Shown piece by piece: positions 1 through 12,400 of a stretch of DNA of 64,000 bases. Position 1 is the first letter of the stretch. Each line of letters opens with the position of its first letter. The translations under genes and the position numbers were made by a program. The stretch lies in contig NC_134025.1 in the NCBI RefSeq assembly GCF_964204645.1, forward strand, positions 20,373,101 to 20,437,100, read 5' to 3'. The notes beneath the pieces were generated by a model. It saw nothing but the letters and a program-made list of their open reading frames with translations, had not been told where the DNA came from and did no database searches. The DNA comes from Tubulanus polymorphus. Lineage: Eukaryota > Animalia > Nemertea.

Positions 1-847
1 CAGATTCGAAAAAATATCTTGATATATTTATCCATTTCGGGAAATATGTACCAGGCTATATATTTGGCAGTGAAAAAATAGTTTCGTATGTGGCAGAAAA
101 TAGCGGTAAATGTAGATTGGCGGAACCATAATCAACTTTAAAGGTATTCGCATCGAATATTTCCCTAAGAAAATGAGACATTAGAGTTATCAATTAACTA
201 ATCATTTTCGTTCTGACTTCTCTGTTTTGAGATATTGATTAAGATGTTTATACAAGAATTGCATGTAATCTTCTCTTCGACGTTTGGAATCGCTTGATTC
301 AATGAATCGTACACAGAATCAAATGATCGAAGTCTATCTATTTTGCTGGCACGCTGCTTTGCCGGAACGATGCGCTCGTGAATATCCTAACTGTAATCAG
401 GCCGTTCGACAAGCTACGACAGCTAGATGATTGTATAGATGGCAAATTGATGGTGGTGGACATTGTTGAACCAGTGAATGTGGCAAAAACGTATGCAATG
501 TCCTACTTTTGAGCAACTGGTTGTCCTCAGTTACGGTCATATCTGCCGATGTGCGCGCTTCACAATCAACGCAACAAGACATGGTGCAACTGATTAAAAC
601 AAAGCAAATGCACTCAGTTGCTGTCCATGTACCCACTTTGGACCTGGCGACTGGCAAGATCCATCCAGTTGCTGATTTTTGCTAGATTTTCCTTGTAAGC
701 GGGGTCCTCACTCGCTAGCAACTGGATATGATTAGTTGCCAGTTCGATGTACACTAGGCTTTAGCCTAACTCAAGTAGCATAAGACCTGACTCGATAGTT
801 GGATTGTAAAGGGTCGAAGATCATAGTGTGAGCCCGAATTAGGCGTA

Positions 848-1105
848 CAGAAATGCCAGCCATTCTGATTTTTCAGTAACTGTTGCGTAAAATCTGACAC
901 TGCACTAGTACAGTGTCAGAAGTTGTTAAACAAAAACTTTGTGCCACGTTAATTACCTGAATACAGATAGATGTTTAAGACCTGGATACTTAGTTATAAA
1001 AAATTTTCCGGTTTGAAAATTTGGGAACGCTGGAAACTTTTGTGAAAATACTGATAAACTTGGACATGTGTTCAGCAAGAGATAAAATCAAGGTTGGCAG
1101 CTCTG
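848..1105. mobile_element. hAT-like MITE remnant
   Basis: CAGAAATGCCAGC...GTTGGCAGCTCTG imperfect TIRs; similar ends at ~62984-63188; no clear TSD. Confidence 0.4.
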
Positions 1106-3245
1106 TACGAAAAGCGGGCTCGCCATTGGCAGCCCCACGATCCGGCTAAAACTGGGAGAGCTATAATATATACCTAATTAAAACCAATGATTAATACAGC
1201 GCAAATTAGTAAAATCTATTACTGTGTGATTATAGCTGGCCCTCCAGTCACATCCTGGCCAATCATTCAGTGTTAATTAGATTTGACCAGTAAATCATTA
1301 TCATCAACTCGGCATGGACTTTCATTTGGTTTCGGCCAGGTCTTGTTAAGTTACTATTCAACACGGACGTGCCCGTATTACGTGAGCGTGAATGCTTGGT
1401 CCTAATGAATTAGCTGAATTAGCATTACTTCGTTGTATGGCCTCCCACTTATGAAATTCCTTACTAAATCGATCACTGGAGTGTAAAAGTCCCTGTGTTA
1501 AAACAGATCGTACGGCACAGGTATTTATACATATTATATGTAGTGTGCCATGTCAGAAAAACGTGAATACGATAACATAAGTATATATTTATATAGGCTT
1601 ACAGGGCGCTCCACTACCTTAGTACTTAGTAGTGATTTAATTCATATTCATGTTCAGTTTATAACCGACCGAGTTAGAACACACTTCATAAACGTGGATG
1701 TGAAGTTTTACTGAAACTATGCTTTTGTTTTGTGAATTATTTGAACGGGTTTCTGGATCTTGATGCATCGGTTTGGCTGCGGTTGCTTTAAATGCTGGAA
1801 AAAAGGTATCGAGTTTTATGGTTTTCATCAGATTCAGCCAAGTCGTGTACGGACGAGGCATAGATTGTTATAACCTATGTTTTGTTTGGTATATAGCCAC
1901 ACAGTCTAATGACTAGCTTAGGTCGGCCTTGTGATCCGATGTGATTGCTTGCAGTGTGATCCATCGCAAAGACCTTGTGACACAATCACTTACGTTAGCG
2001 ATTACTGCCAGTTGAAATGAGTCGCTCTACTTTCTATCAACCAACGTGCTGCCCAGTTGCAATTCTTAAAAATAGTGGTGCCCTCGATTTGAACAACGAT
2101 CTTTCATGATACGTGAATTTTGAAATTTCAGAAAAGTAAAAGGAAAAGCTTTTTCGTCTGACTGAAACATTGCAAGCATTCGTAACGAATAATAAGAGAG
2201 TGACAAATAGTATATACAAAGTAAACGAAGCGAGAAAGAAAGAAGAACGTGACCTTGGATATTAGCCTGTATAAAAAAGCTTAACCTGAGATTATTATAC
2301 TCTTGTATACCTGACACTTAATTGACATGTACGATGATATACTCATCTCGGAATACTATTTACGTTTTACTGACTTTATTTATATTCTGTTCACGTATTT
2401 GAACTTGACTCTCTCTAAGCGGTTGTCGTCATGTATACGGTTATCTTCTTCTCCAAGTATATGTCACATTATCGATCGCTGTAAAGGAGCCCCAGGTTAT
2501 TATGTAGACTTAATTCATATTCTATGCACCTATCAAGTGCAATATTTCACCAATCCGCCAGCCAATTTCTCGCTGAAGTCAATTTCATCCACATGGGACA
2601 TATCGAACAGTAAATGCTACAGGTCATTATTCATCTTATATGTATGATTATAAGAACTTCATCATCCAGTTCACTCATCCGTGTTGCAATAGGGTTGAGT
2701 GTTAGTTCTTATCGTCGATGTTTATCTCGGTCTTTAGATCGGTTTTGATATCGAAATTTTCGATCGATGTTTGTCAACACCGACCGATAAATCTTACACC
2801 AGCCGCGATCACACGGAGGCGATTTGTCCCGGACTAGGTCTGAGTCTTGATAAAGAAATAGATACAGAGGAAAGAGGCACACTGAATTTTGATAACATCG
2901 GTTCAAATGCCAAAACGTCGAGTAAAATGGCTTCCATCAGGAATGAATCTGACAGCAAGAATGCTGACAATGAATGTATGACACGAGATATCAGATGCCA
3001 AACCATTCTTAGGGACAAAGAAAATATTTCTAGGCAATTTTTGAATAAAAAAGAATTTTTGCCTATCTACAAGTATAGGATTTTACATGTTAAACGATAT
3101 ATCACGGATATTGGGATTTTAGTGATTCATCAAGCTCTGCATATGTATGAAGACGCATAAGTTGAGCAAATTCTCATACCACATATGTATGTAATTCTTA
3201 GCAATCTATATTCTCATCAGACGAACATTTATTCTGTTATTGCAG

Positions 3246-3466
3246 CGAAGAAACCCGAAGAAAGGGATTTGATATCGTTGGCTGAAAAAGGAGGTCATGT
3301 AACTCCGACTTACAGCGACGACGTCGATCACGACCAAGCTGAACGAGCGTCGCGGACGTCTTCGCCGAAAGATGTCGTCGATTCGCCCGAGGAAACGTAC
3401 GAGAATCAAGGTTATCAAAACGAATCGCCTGCGCCATCGGCCGCTAGTCCAGGATTCCATCCAGAG
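3246..3466 (+). CDS. SYT14: SYT14-like linker exon ([16 protein letters not shown]...GFHPE)
   Basis: ttattgcag acceptor and GAG|gtgaga donor; open, GC/CpG-rich, acidic/Ser-rich frame; phase 1 to 0. Confidence 0.75.
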
Positions 3467-6400
3467 GTGAGATTATGCGTTCAATCGTTTGCCTGCAGTG
3501 TCATTTAACTGTAGTACAATGTAATAGGACGGCGTAGTAATAGCCCGTTCCAGCGAAATTGAAAACCAGAATTGCCTAGTGATTTCATTCGGTAACAATC
3601 CGCTAAGTTATGAGGCTGTTAAAAACTTTCCAGATTCTATCGGATCACTGGCCCGATTCATTATTGGGAAATTGAGTAAAAGGGGACCATTCTGCCATGT
3701 CTTTTGGTATCAAACTATATTTGCTGGCACAGTGTAGTCAGGGACGACTTGTGCCGTGCAGCGATCATCTGGCTCGGGTAAGCAACTCGGAATAGCCAAT
3801 AAAAATCCGAAAGAGAAGACAGATGATCGTATAAACCCTTTTGTGATCTTTTGACAGATCGACAGTGGTGGCTAAAATGGGGAAAGAGTCCACATGAGAT
3901 ACTGACTTATTGATAGTAGAGTCAGTATGTGATGTGCACACTTTAGGCCGGCCATCATCGTGTAGCAATTCGTCTAAAACTGGGAAAGTGCACAGCGGCT
4001 TACAGTAGGACAACTGCTTCCGTAAATCCCCTGTCGTCGGATTGTCTAATCTTTCGATTTATCGAAAAATCATTAGGCCAACTAGGTAAATGACTGCTCT
4101 TTCCCTTCATGTGTAATATTCTCTTCAATAAATGATGAAAAGCTAATGAATTCGATGTCGCCATGGAAATTAGTGATGTCATAGTGTGGATTTATGAACG
4201 CGGTCTATAGTAAGAGATTTCTTCGCGCCAGCTCACACCTATTCCACTCGATCTCGCGAGCGCATGGCCAATAAATTAGTAATTTCTTCTACCTCGTTAA
4301 GATTGCTGTTAACTAGCTTTAACACTCAAGCGATTCGTGTATGCTTCGTTAAATGCTTCAGATCTCGTCCGAAAGCTCATTATTCACTCGATATACTGCA
4401 GCTGATTTCTAGGCTAGTACTGTTTAGGACCCCCTGGAACAGTAACTGGATTGAAATAGGATATATGTAACTAAAAGATCAGGACACATGAAGCATACAA
4501 TGAAATTCATTCATGTAGATTCTTTTACCTGTGTAAAAAAGAACTGGCCACATTACATGGGGAAGTAACTGCTCCATATGATGACCCTTTACATCTGTAC
4601 CATGATGAGTGATCCCCTGTGACCAGTTACTGTGATTGTTCATGACCAATTTGCTGTTGCAAAGTGCCACTCGAAGTGTCATCACATGATCTTAAAAATG
4701 GTGGCGCTCATGAAAAAGTTTTGCACTTTTTAGCCTATTTGGGACTTCCTAGTTTCCATCCACCACACATGCGTCTGTAGAGGAAGTCCAGTGATTTTTC
4801 GGAAGTTTTAAAGATGCTTCAATGGATTATCTTGATCATCGATTCATGCATGTATCTACCCACATCTGCAGCCAAAAATTTGCCGTTGGAATTAAGAATT
4901 TTTTATTCAAATTAGCTCTCTTCATACATTTTCGAAGTTTCCAAGGGAAATTTTGATGGTTTTCTTGAATTTTCATGTGTATATGTACCATGTAATGTGT
5001 ATATGTCAATCAGTCATTCAGTGAATGCATATATGATGATTTCCTGACTAGTACAAAATTCATCGGATGTGAACCGCTTTATTGTTGGGTAAACCGCTAA
5101 GTAACCTGATATGGTAAAAACTAGTAAAACCAGCTCTAGGGATTCTGTTGAGCATATTTATGTAAGGCAACATCCTCCCTTTGGCAGGGATTCGAACCTG
5201 ATATGTAAAAATTGGTCTATAAAACCGGCTCCGTGGATTCTGTTAAGCCTATTTATGTAAAGTAACACCATCCTTCCTCGGTAGGGATTTGAATCAGATG
5301 ACATCAGACTGGCGCAGTATTTAGCCCTTTTGATTATCCCAACTACACAGTAACAGGCACACTCGAATGATGTTATTATCAGCCAATCAAAAATAATCTG
5401 TTTTTATTTTTTGGCAATGCACAATTTCATGCGGTAAACCTGCACATGTACCTGCGCATCCAGTCTAGTGTGGTAGGGTTTTGTACTGTGGCCAAGTCTA
5501 GTGATGCCATGAGGTTCCAATCCCTGGAGGATGGATTACATAGAGGCAGATTGAACAACAGAATTTACGTTTTCATTCTATACATACTTGGTGACTGTAA
5601 AAATAACCAAATAAAGTAATGATACTTGCTTTCATCACAGGACCATGAAAGTATCCACGGTGATGAGGTAAGCAATCCGGCAGTTTTGTTTTGTCATTAC
5701 GTTGTGTGATGTGCATGCCTAATGTTTGATTATATCCCTGTTAATTAACTTTATATATTATTAGATTTATGAATATTAATCATTTATTATCGGTTTTAAT
5801 GTGGTGTAATCCGTACAGCCAATATCAATATATCATATATTTTGTAGTTACTTCTTCTTCGTGTTTCCATGACCTGGGTAGCAGTTCTGCACTTCTGAGT
5901 TAGAATAAGACTCTTCAACAATATTCATACTTCTGGTTCTTGCATTGTGAAAAAACTCAGCTTCATTCTCAATGTTCATTGGTCAATTTCAAGGCTGACT
6001 ATGCAACGGCTCCAATACCAACCTACTAGTATATTCGTCCGGCAATTGGGGGCAGCATCGTATTGTCAAGCCGGCAGAAAATGTGTTGACTCAAAAAGAG
6101 CAAACTCAAACTTCGAACTGTGGAACTCAATGACTGCATTTAAAATGATTCCTGCTGTGTTCTGATAGCAGTTGATAGATTATCTATGAATCGTTTTGAA
6201 CTTATATTCTTCCAACTCCCATCTGAATATCCAAAAAGGTTTTGGATCGATTTTTCTTCGTTTCATCCTAGTCTCGAGATGATTTTCTTCATACCCATAC
6301 TTTCTTTTGAATTCGTGGTGAAATAAGATCATTTCTTAATAAGATTTGAATTAGTGATTCTTCGTAATGTAAAAAGAAGTTTCAGTATGAATTCAATCAA

Positions 6401-9400
6401 TTATTCTAAAATGTCATCCCAAATTGAACTTTTCTCGGTATGAAAATATTCAATACAATATTTTCAGTTTCAGTTTTTGACCAAAAATGAGCCTGGTCTA
6501 AAGCCGCAATCACACGAGGGATTTTGGCCTGAACTGCTGTTCACTGCGGTGCCAAATGAGCCGGTGTCTGTTTCGCCTGACCAAAAACGTTGGACCAGGC
6601 ACGAGCCAAATTTTAGCTGGGGTCATATTATTAAGTGTGAATTACAACCGGTTCCGGAAGTGTATCAATTCGGTTTGTTTTAGTGAGTGGTTTACGTGCT
6701 CTCTTATTAGGTACGAACCAAATTTCAGTCTGACCCATGCCAATTTGTCTCCGTGTGACCGTGTGATCGCAGCTTTAGTCTTATGTCTGGATTATGAATT
6801 TAGCCCTGGGAGTCCATATTGATGTTAGTTCTTCAAATCGATGCTAGACTAAGACAAGACCTCAACGATCTCTGCGCACTAATCACCGCATTATTTCTGC
6901 GCAACCATTGTCAGTGTCAACAGGCTGTTCACGTTTGACTGCTTAATCCTTATTGCACTTTTCTAATCAGAAAATGTCAGAAAATAATTAGATTCAAATC
7001 AGTAGCAATCCGTAAACTCAGCTGGCTGAACTAACGCTTGCATGACCTAACAGATAACCAAGAAAATAATGAGAAATGAGAAATATATATATATATATAG
7101 ATTCCACCATTTGCAAGGCTGGCGACAATGACGTCGATGATGTCCTGTTGCTATGGCACCTTGTGTCTGATAGCGATTGATTTTTCGAGTGGAATCTCTC
7201 TTACCTGAAAAGCGTTTGATGATGATGATGATGATGATGATAATTTATGTTTCCACCGGTGTATACTTCATCTGCCGTATTTTGAGCCGAGAAAATATCG
7301 GTGAAACGAATACATTCATTACGTTGTATATTCCCCCCTCTCCCTTCGATAGCTAAAGCGGCGATCACTCGTTTTTGGCCCGTGTCAAATTTGGCCCATA
7401 CCAAACGTAACAACTGTTCTCATGCCGGTTTAGCCCAGGTAAAAACGTAGTACCAGGCCCAAGCCACATTTTCGCACTGGTCCAAATGATTGCGTGTGAA
7501 TAGCTACTGGTTCTGGAAGTGACTGACTTGGCTTTGTTTAAGCATTGTTTAGTATCGAGTGAGTGGCATAAGTCTGAACACGCTCTGTTATTTGGCACGG
7601 ACCAAATTTGGAGCCTGATGCAAGACAAATTGTCTGATTGCAGCTAATGAATAACAATATGAGAAAAAACCCTGGCCTGTAAGGGACAACAATCAAGTCA
7701 AATCAAATGAAATCTACTAATAAACCATTTTACAGTTGCTAGCCGCCATTTTGTTAGGGTACTTTTGTCCTGTATTGTTGGGTCATTAGTTTCTCCTTTT
7801 TAAAAACTATTTGTGATGCGTGTTTTATCATATCTCATCTGTCCCTCGATAGATTTTGACAGTTTTTGCAACATTCAAACCGTGTGAATCTCTAGTTTTC
7901 AGTTATGCAAAGATCATTTTTCAAATTTGCAACAATGCGACATGAGAGCGATATAGAAATCGGTGGTCGGTTTTTGCTGCACGCATAAAAATCCAGGGTA
8001 CTGAAATTTGAAGTTCATTCAACATTCAAACCGCATAAATCTCTAGTTTTCAGTTATGTAAAAATCATTTCTCAAATTTACAACAATGCGACATGAGAGC
8101 GATATAAAAATCGGTGGTCAGTTTTTGCCGTGCGCATAGAAATCCAGGGTACTGAACTTTGAAGTTCGTTATTTTCAGAAATAATTTTCTAAAAAATCCA
8201 AACATTTCAAGCACTGTGCGCATAAACACCCCCTTTCAGGTGAATTTTGAAATTTTAAGATATCTTGCCTAGTTTTTTTCCTATGGCACTTTAACTGCAG
8301 CGCGTGTATTGTCATTCCGAGATTTGGCGCTGTTTTCTTTGCGTGTATTTCAGTATATGGGTGTTATTTCTTCATTTTCACTACACTTGTCTCTACGGAA
8401 AATGGTTTTAATTGTTGGTACGAGTATCAGGTTTAAATATTACGGCATTAATACTGTATTCCGTTCTCCGGCGCTAGTTCGTAATGGCTGTAATGGTAGC
8501 CGCTTTTACGGCAGGCAGAGGCTTACGTACATGCACCCAAGAAAACCCAAAATATCACTCTTTTGTTGTAAATGCAATCCACACACTTCTTGCGTTTTTG
8601 TGATGGTAGATGTCACTTTTTACTTTTTATCACGTGCGTATGACATTCGAACTTGATACTTGATATTTCACCACCAAAACAAGAAAACGTTTTCCTATAT
8701 TTTCTTCCCAATCTAATCAATCTTGAGTGTACTCATAGAAAGTATTCATAGAAAGTAGCTGAATATTTGCCCCACCCCATTTGTCCAGCTTTTTGACCAC
8801 TTCTCCATCCATCTAATTTCAGTAGATTTTTATGTAAATTTATTGATAGACTACTGATTTAAATGGTCATCATACTCGATTTTGAGTGTTATATTTCTTT
8901 TCTTCTTCCATCTCAATATAGGCCCATATATTCTCTTCCCGCGCGCAACTTCGAATGCGTGATCAAAATGCCGCTCAGTCTCGCTGCTAAAACTGGTCAG
9001 AAAAATCCCTTAAACCCCAACATCTCTAATGTCTTCGACCTATTATATTGCATAAACGACGTGATATTTAAACCTGATACTCGTACCAACAATTAAAACC
9101 ATTTTCCGTAGAGACAAGTGTAGTTAAAATGAAGAAATAACACCCATATACTGAAATACACGCAATGAAAACAGCGCCGAATCTCGGAATGACAATACAC
9201 GCGCTGCAGTTAAAGAGCCATAGGAAAAAAACTAGGCAAGATATCTTAAAATTTCAAAGTTCACCTGAAAGGGGGCGTTTATGCGCACAGTTCTTGAAAT
9301 GTTTGGATTTTTTAGAAAATTATTTCTGAAAAAAACGAACTTCAAAGTTCAGTACCCTGGATTTCTATGCGCACGGCAAAAACTGACCACCGATTTTTAT

Positions 9401-12400
9401 ATCGCTCTCATGTCGCATTGTTGCAAATTTGAGAAATGATTTTTACATAACTGAAAACTAGAGATTCACGCGGTTTGAATGTTGCTGAAGTTGTCAAAAT
9501 CCATCCATGGACAGATGAAATATGATACAATACACATCACGGATAGTTTTTAAAAAAGAGAAAAAAATGACCCAACAATACGGGGCAAAAGTACCCTAAC
9601 AAAATGGCGGCTAGCAACTGTAAAATGGTTTATTGCATTTACAACAAAATAGTGATATTTGGGGTTTTCTTGGGTGCATGTACGTAAGCCTCGGCCTGCA
9701 GTAAAAGCGGCTACCATTACAGGCATTACGAACTAGCGCCGTTAAAAGAGAACAGAATGGAGTATTAATGACGTAATATTTAAACCTGATACTCGTACCA
9801 ACAATTAAAACCATTTTCCGTGGAAACAAGTGAAGTAAGAATGAAAAAATAACACCCATATACTGAAATACACGCATAGAAAACAGCGCCGAAACCCGGA
9901 ATGACAATACACGCGCTGCAGTTAAAGAGCCATAGAATAAAAACTAGGCAAGATTTCTTAAAATTTTAAAGTTCACTTGAAAGGGGGCGTGTATGCGCAC
10001 AGTTCTTGAAATGTTTGGATTTTTTAGAATGTTATTTCTGGAAATAATGAACTTCAAAGTTCAGTACCCAGGATTTTTATGCGCGCGGCAAAAACTGACC
10101 ACCGATTTTTATATCGCTCTCATGTCGCATTGTTGCAAATTTGAAAAATGATCATTGCATAACTGAAAACTAGAGATTCACACGGTTTAAATGTTGCTAA
10201 AACTGTCAAAATCTATCCGGGGACAAATGAGATATGATAAAACACGCATCACAAATAGTTACTAAAAAGTAGAAAATAATGACCCAACAATACAGGACAA
10301 AAGTACCCTAACAAAATGGCGGCTAGCAACTGTAAAATGGTTTATTAAATGAATAATAGGGTGAATCCCTACTTTAAGATCAACACTACAAGAAAAGTTT
10401 GAATTTGTGAATGACAAATATTTTTAAGCCCATATAGAATATGTTTCTAATCATCAGGGTCCGATTCCACAGTTCTGAGTTAAGATTTGACTCTGAGTTA
10501 TTGAACTTATTGAAAATGAACTAACTTTAACTCAGAGTTAACTCTAACTCACAACTGTGGAACTGGGTCCATATTTTTAAGCCCAGCCTTTTCATGATGT
10601 GAGTTAAGCTTAATCTGATGAGAGTAGACCGCTTTCAAACCGAAGGGATCATATAAATCATTCATACGCGTGGCCATTTGCCCCATCACCTGAATAAAGT
10701 ATAAAGCCATGCGGTATCGAGATCGAGCTATGAATTAGGACAAGGGATCGGCGTAAGACGTTAATTCATTTGAGACCAATGAAAACTCTTTCACAACATT
10801 CCTGGAGGCCTAATTTTCCTTCCGTATAATCATCCTTGGTAGATCCTGATGGCGAGACGGTAGACACTTCTACTGTAGACTCGGCTGAAGTCAGCTCGAC
10901 TCGGATAAGCGCCATACTAATCGGATGTTTTATTGAAGTATTTTCCGTGAAAATTAATATGAATAATCAGTAAACCTCCCGTAAGTCGGACAAGTTGGAA
11001 CTGGCAAAATATACCCGACTTAGAGAAGTTCTGACTAACAGTAAGTCAGATTTTGGGAAATAAATTGAAAAATAAAGATCAAATTTAAGCTACTTTGCAT
11101 TAAGGAATTTAGCTCTTTATGGGATTACTTTTCGGGAGAAAACAAACAAACCAGGCAAATATGGACCCTCTGACTAATTTCAAAGTTTTCTGAAACAAAG
11201 GGGCTGACTAACCCAAATGTAATTACAATTATTACTATACAAATGGAGCGAATTTAAATGACATGGTTTCCAGAGTAAAGGCTCTTTGACTGTGCAACTG
11301 AGCATATATTCATACAAATCATTCATTAGAGCATTATCCATTCTCCAACCCCTATGAAGCTGAATTTTAAATAGGGCCTTGTTAAGATTTATATGAGCTT
11401 TTTCGCGAAAATCTGATCGGAAAAATATCTGTTTTAAGAAGCCAATCAGAAAGCAAAGACTCCTCTGTGATTGGCTTAGCCGCAGAGATCAGCTGGTGTT
11501 CACATGAACGCGCGGTATCGTCTACCATTTTACTTCCGGGTTTTAATTTAAGATCTAAAATTGTATTTCAATAGCGATTTCTAGCGAAATCTTTAGTTGT
11601 TTTGGTTTTTGGGAGGAATATTTTTATTTGCACTACAGAAAATATCATTGACAATTGTGCAAAGTCCGGGAAAATAGCTTTTTCTCAAATCGGATGGATG
11701 ACCTTTGACCTTAATATGCTAATCAGTCATGTGCTCAAACTGCAAATTCAATCAAATTTTATTCTGCAAAAAATATCAAACCCAATTCAATTTTACTTTA
11801 TTGAACAAGTTTAAACAGCAAATCCAATTCAATTTTGTTTTATTGAGCAAATTTCAGAAAATTCAATTCTATTCTGCATTCAAATCAATAAGACTTATTA
11901 AGGAAAAGATTTATCTGAGGTATTTGTTCCTGCCAGATCCAGTCGCTGTCTGTGCTACTTATGAAAGCATGATTGAATTGTGTAAATTATTAGCCTGGGA
12001 TTGACAAGTCTATTGAGCTGGGAGTGTATTTGGACAAATTTCACCCACAGAATGCATCATTTACCATTTTATGAAAAGCTGACAGGCTGGCCATAGTGCC
12101 CCTTGGGGCTCTTGTTATCTTATTTAGGGGATAGAATCTAACTTGAATGAGTATCCAATTTATAAAATCCAACTTAAGAGATTCTGAAGAAAAAAGAAGT
12201 TTCCAGAACTGGAAATTCCTTTCGACTTTTTCTGATTTTCTAACCAACAGCGAACCGACTTACGGAAGTTTTACCAGATAACATCTAACTAGGATATCAA
12301 ACAAGTTGGACAAATTTTCACGGCGGTGCCAAAAGTTCCAACTTGAGTTGAGTCAACTGTATCAGCAATCTCATTGTTAGACCCAGTTTCAGTTGGTGAT

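Noticed and set aside
2771-3160. 129-aa ORF with a possible phase 1-1 exon at 2838-2975 upstream of the Syt14 3246 exon
   Set aside because: The acceptor lies in a MITE end fragment with no pyrimidine tract and the donor is weak; not supportable without transcripts.
5460-5530. A/B-box-like sequences suggesting tRNA genes (also ~33770 and ~62470)
   Set aside because: No cloverleaf can be folded; better explained as degenerate tRNA-derived SINE heads.
8309-9907. Two similar ORFs on opposite strands (8309-8656, 9611-9907)
   Set aside because: By-products of the inverted arms of the foldback element; no transposase or other domain motifs.
10615-10655. CTGATGA followed by a weak stem, resembling a hammerhead start
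   Set aside because: GAAA is replaced by CAAA and there are no convincing stems I or III.
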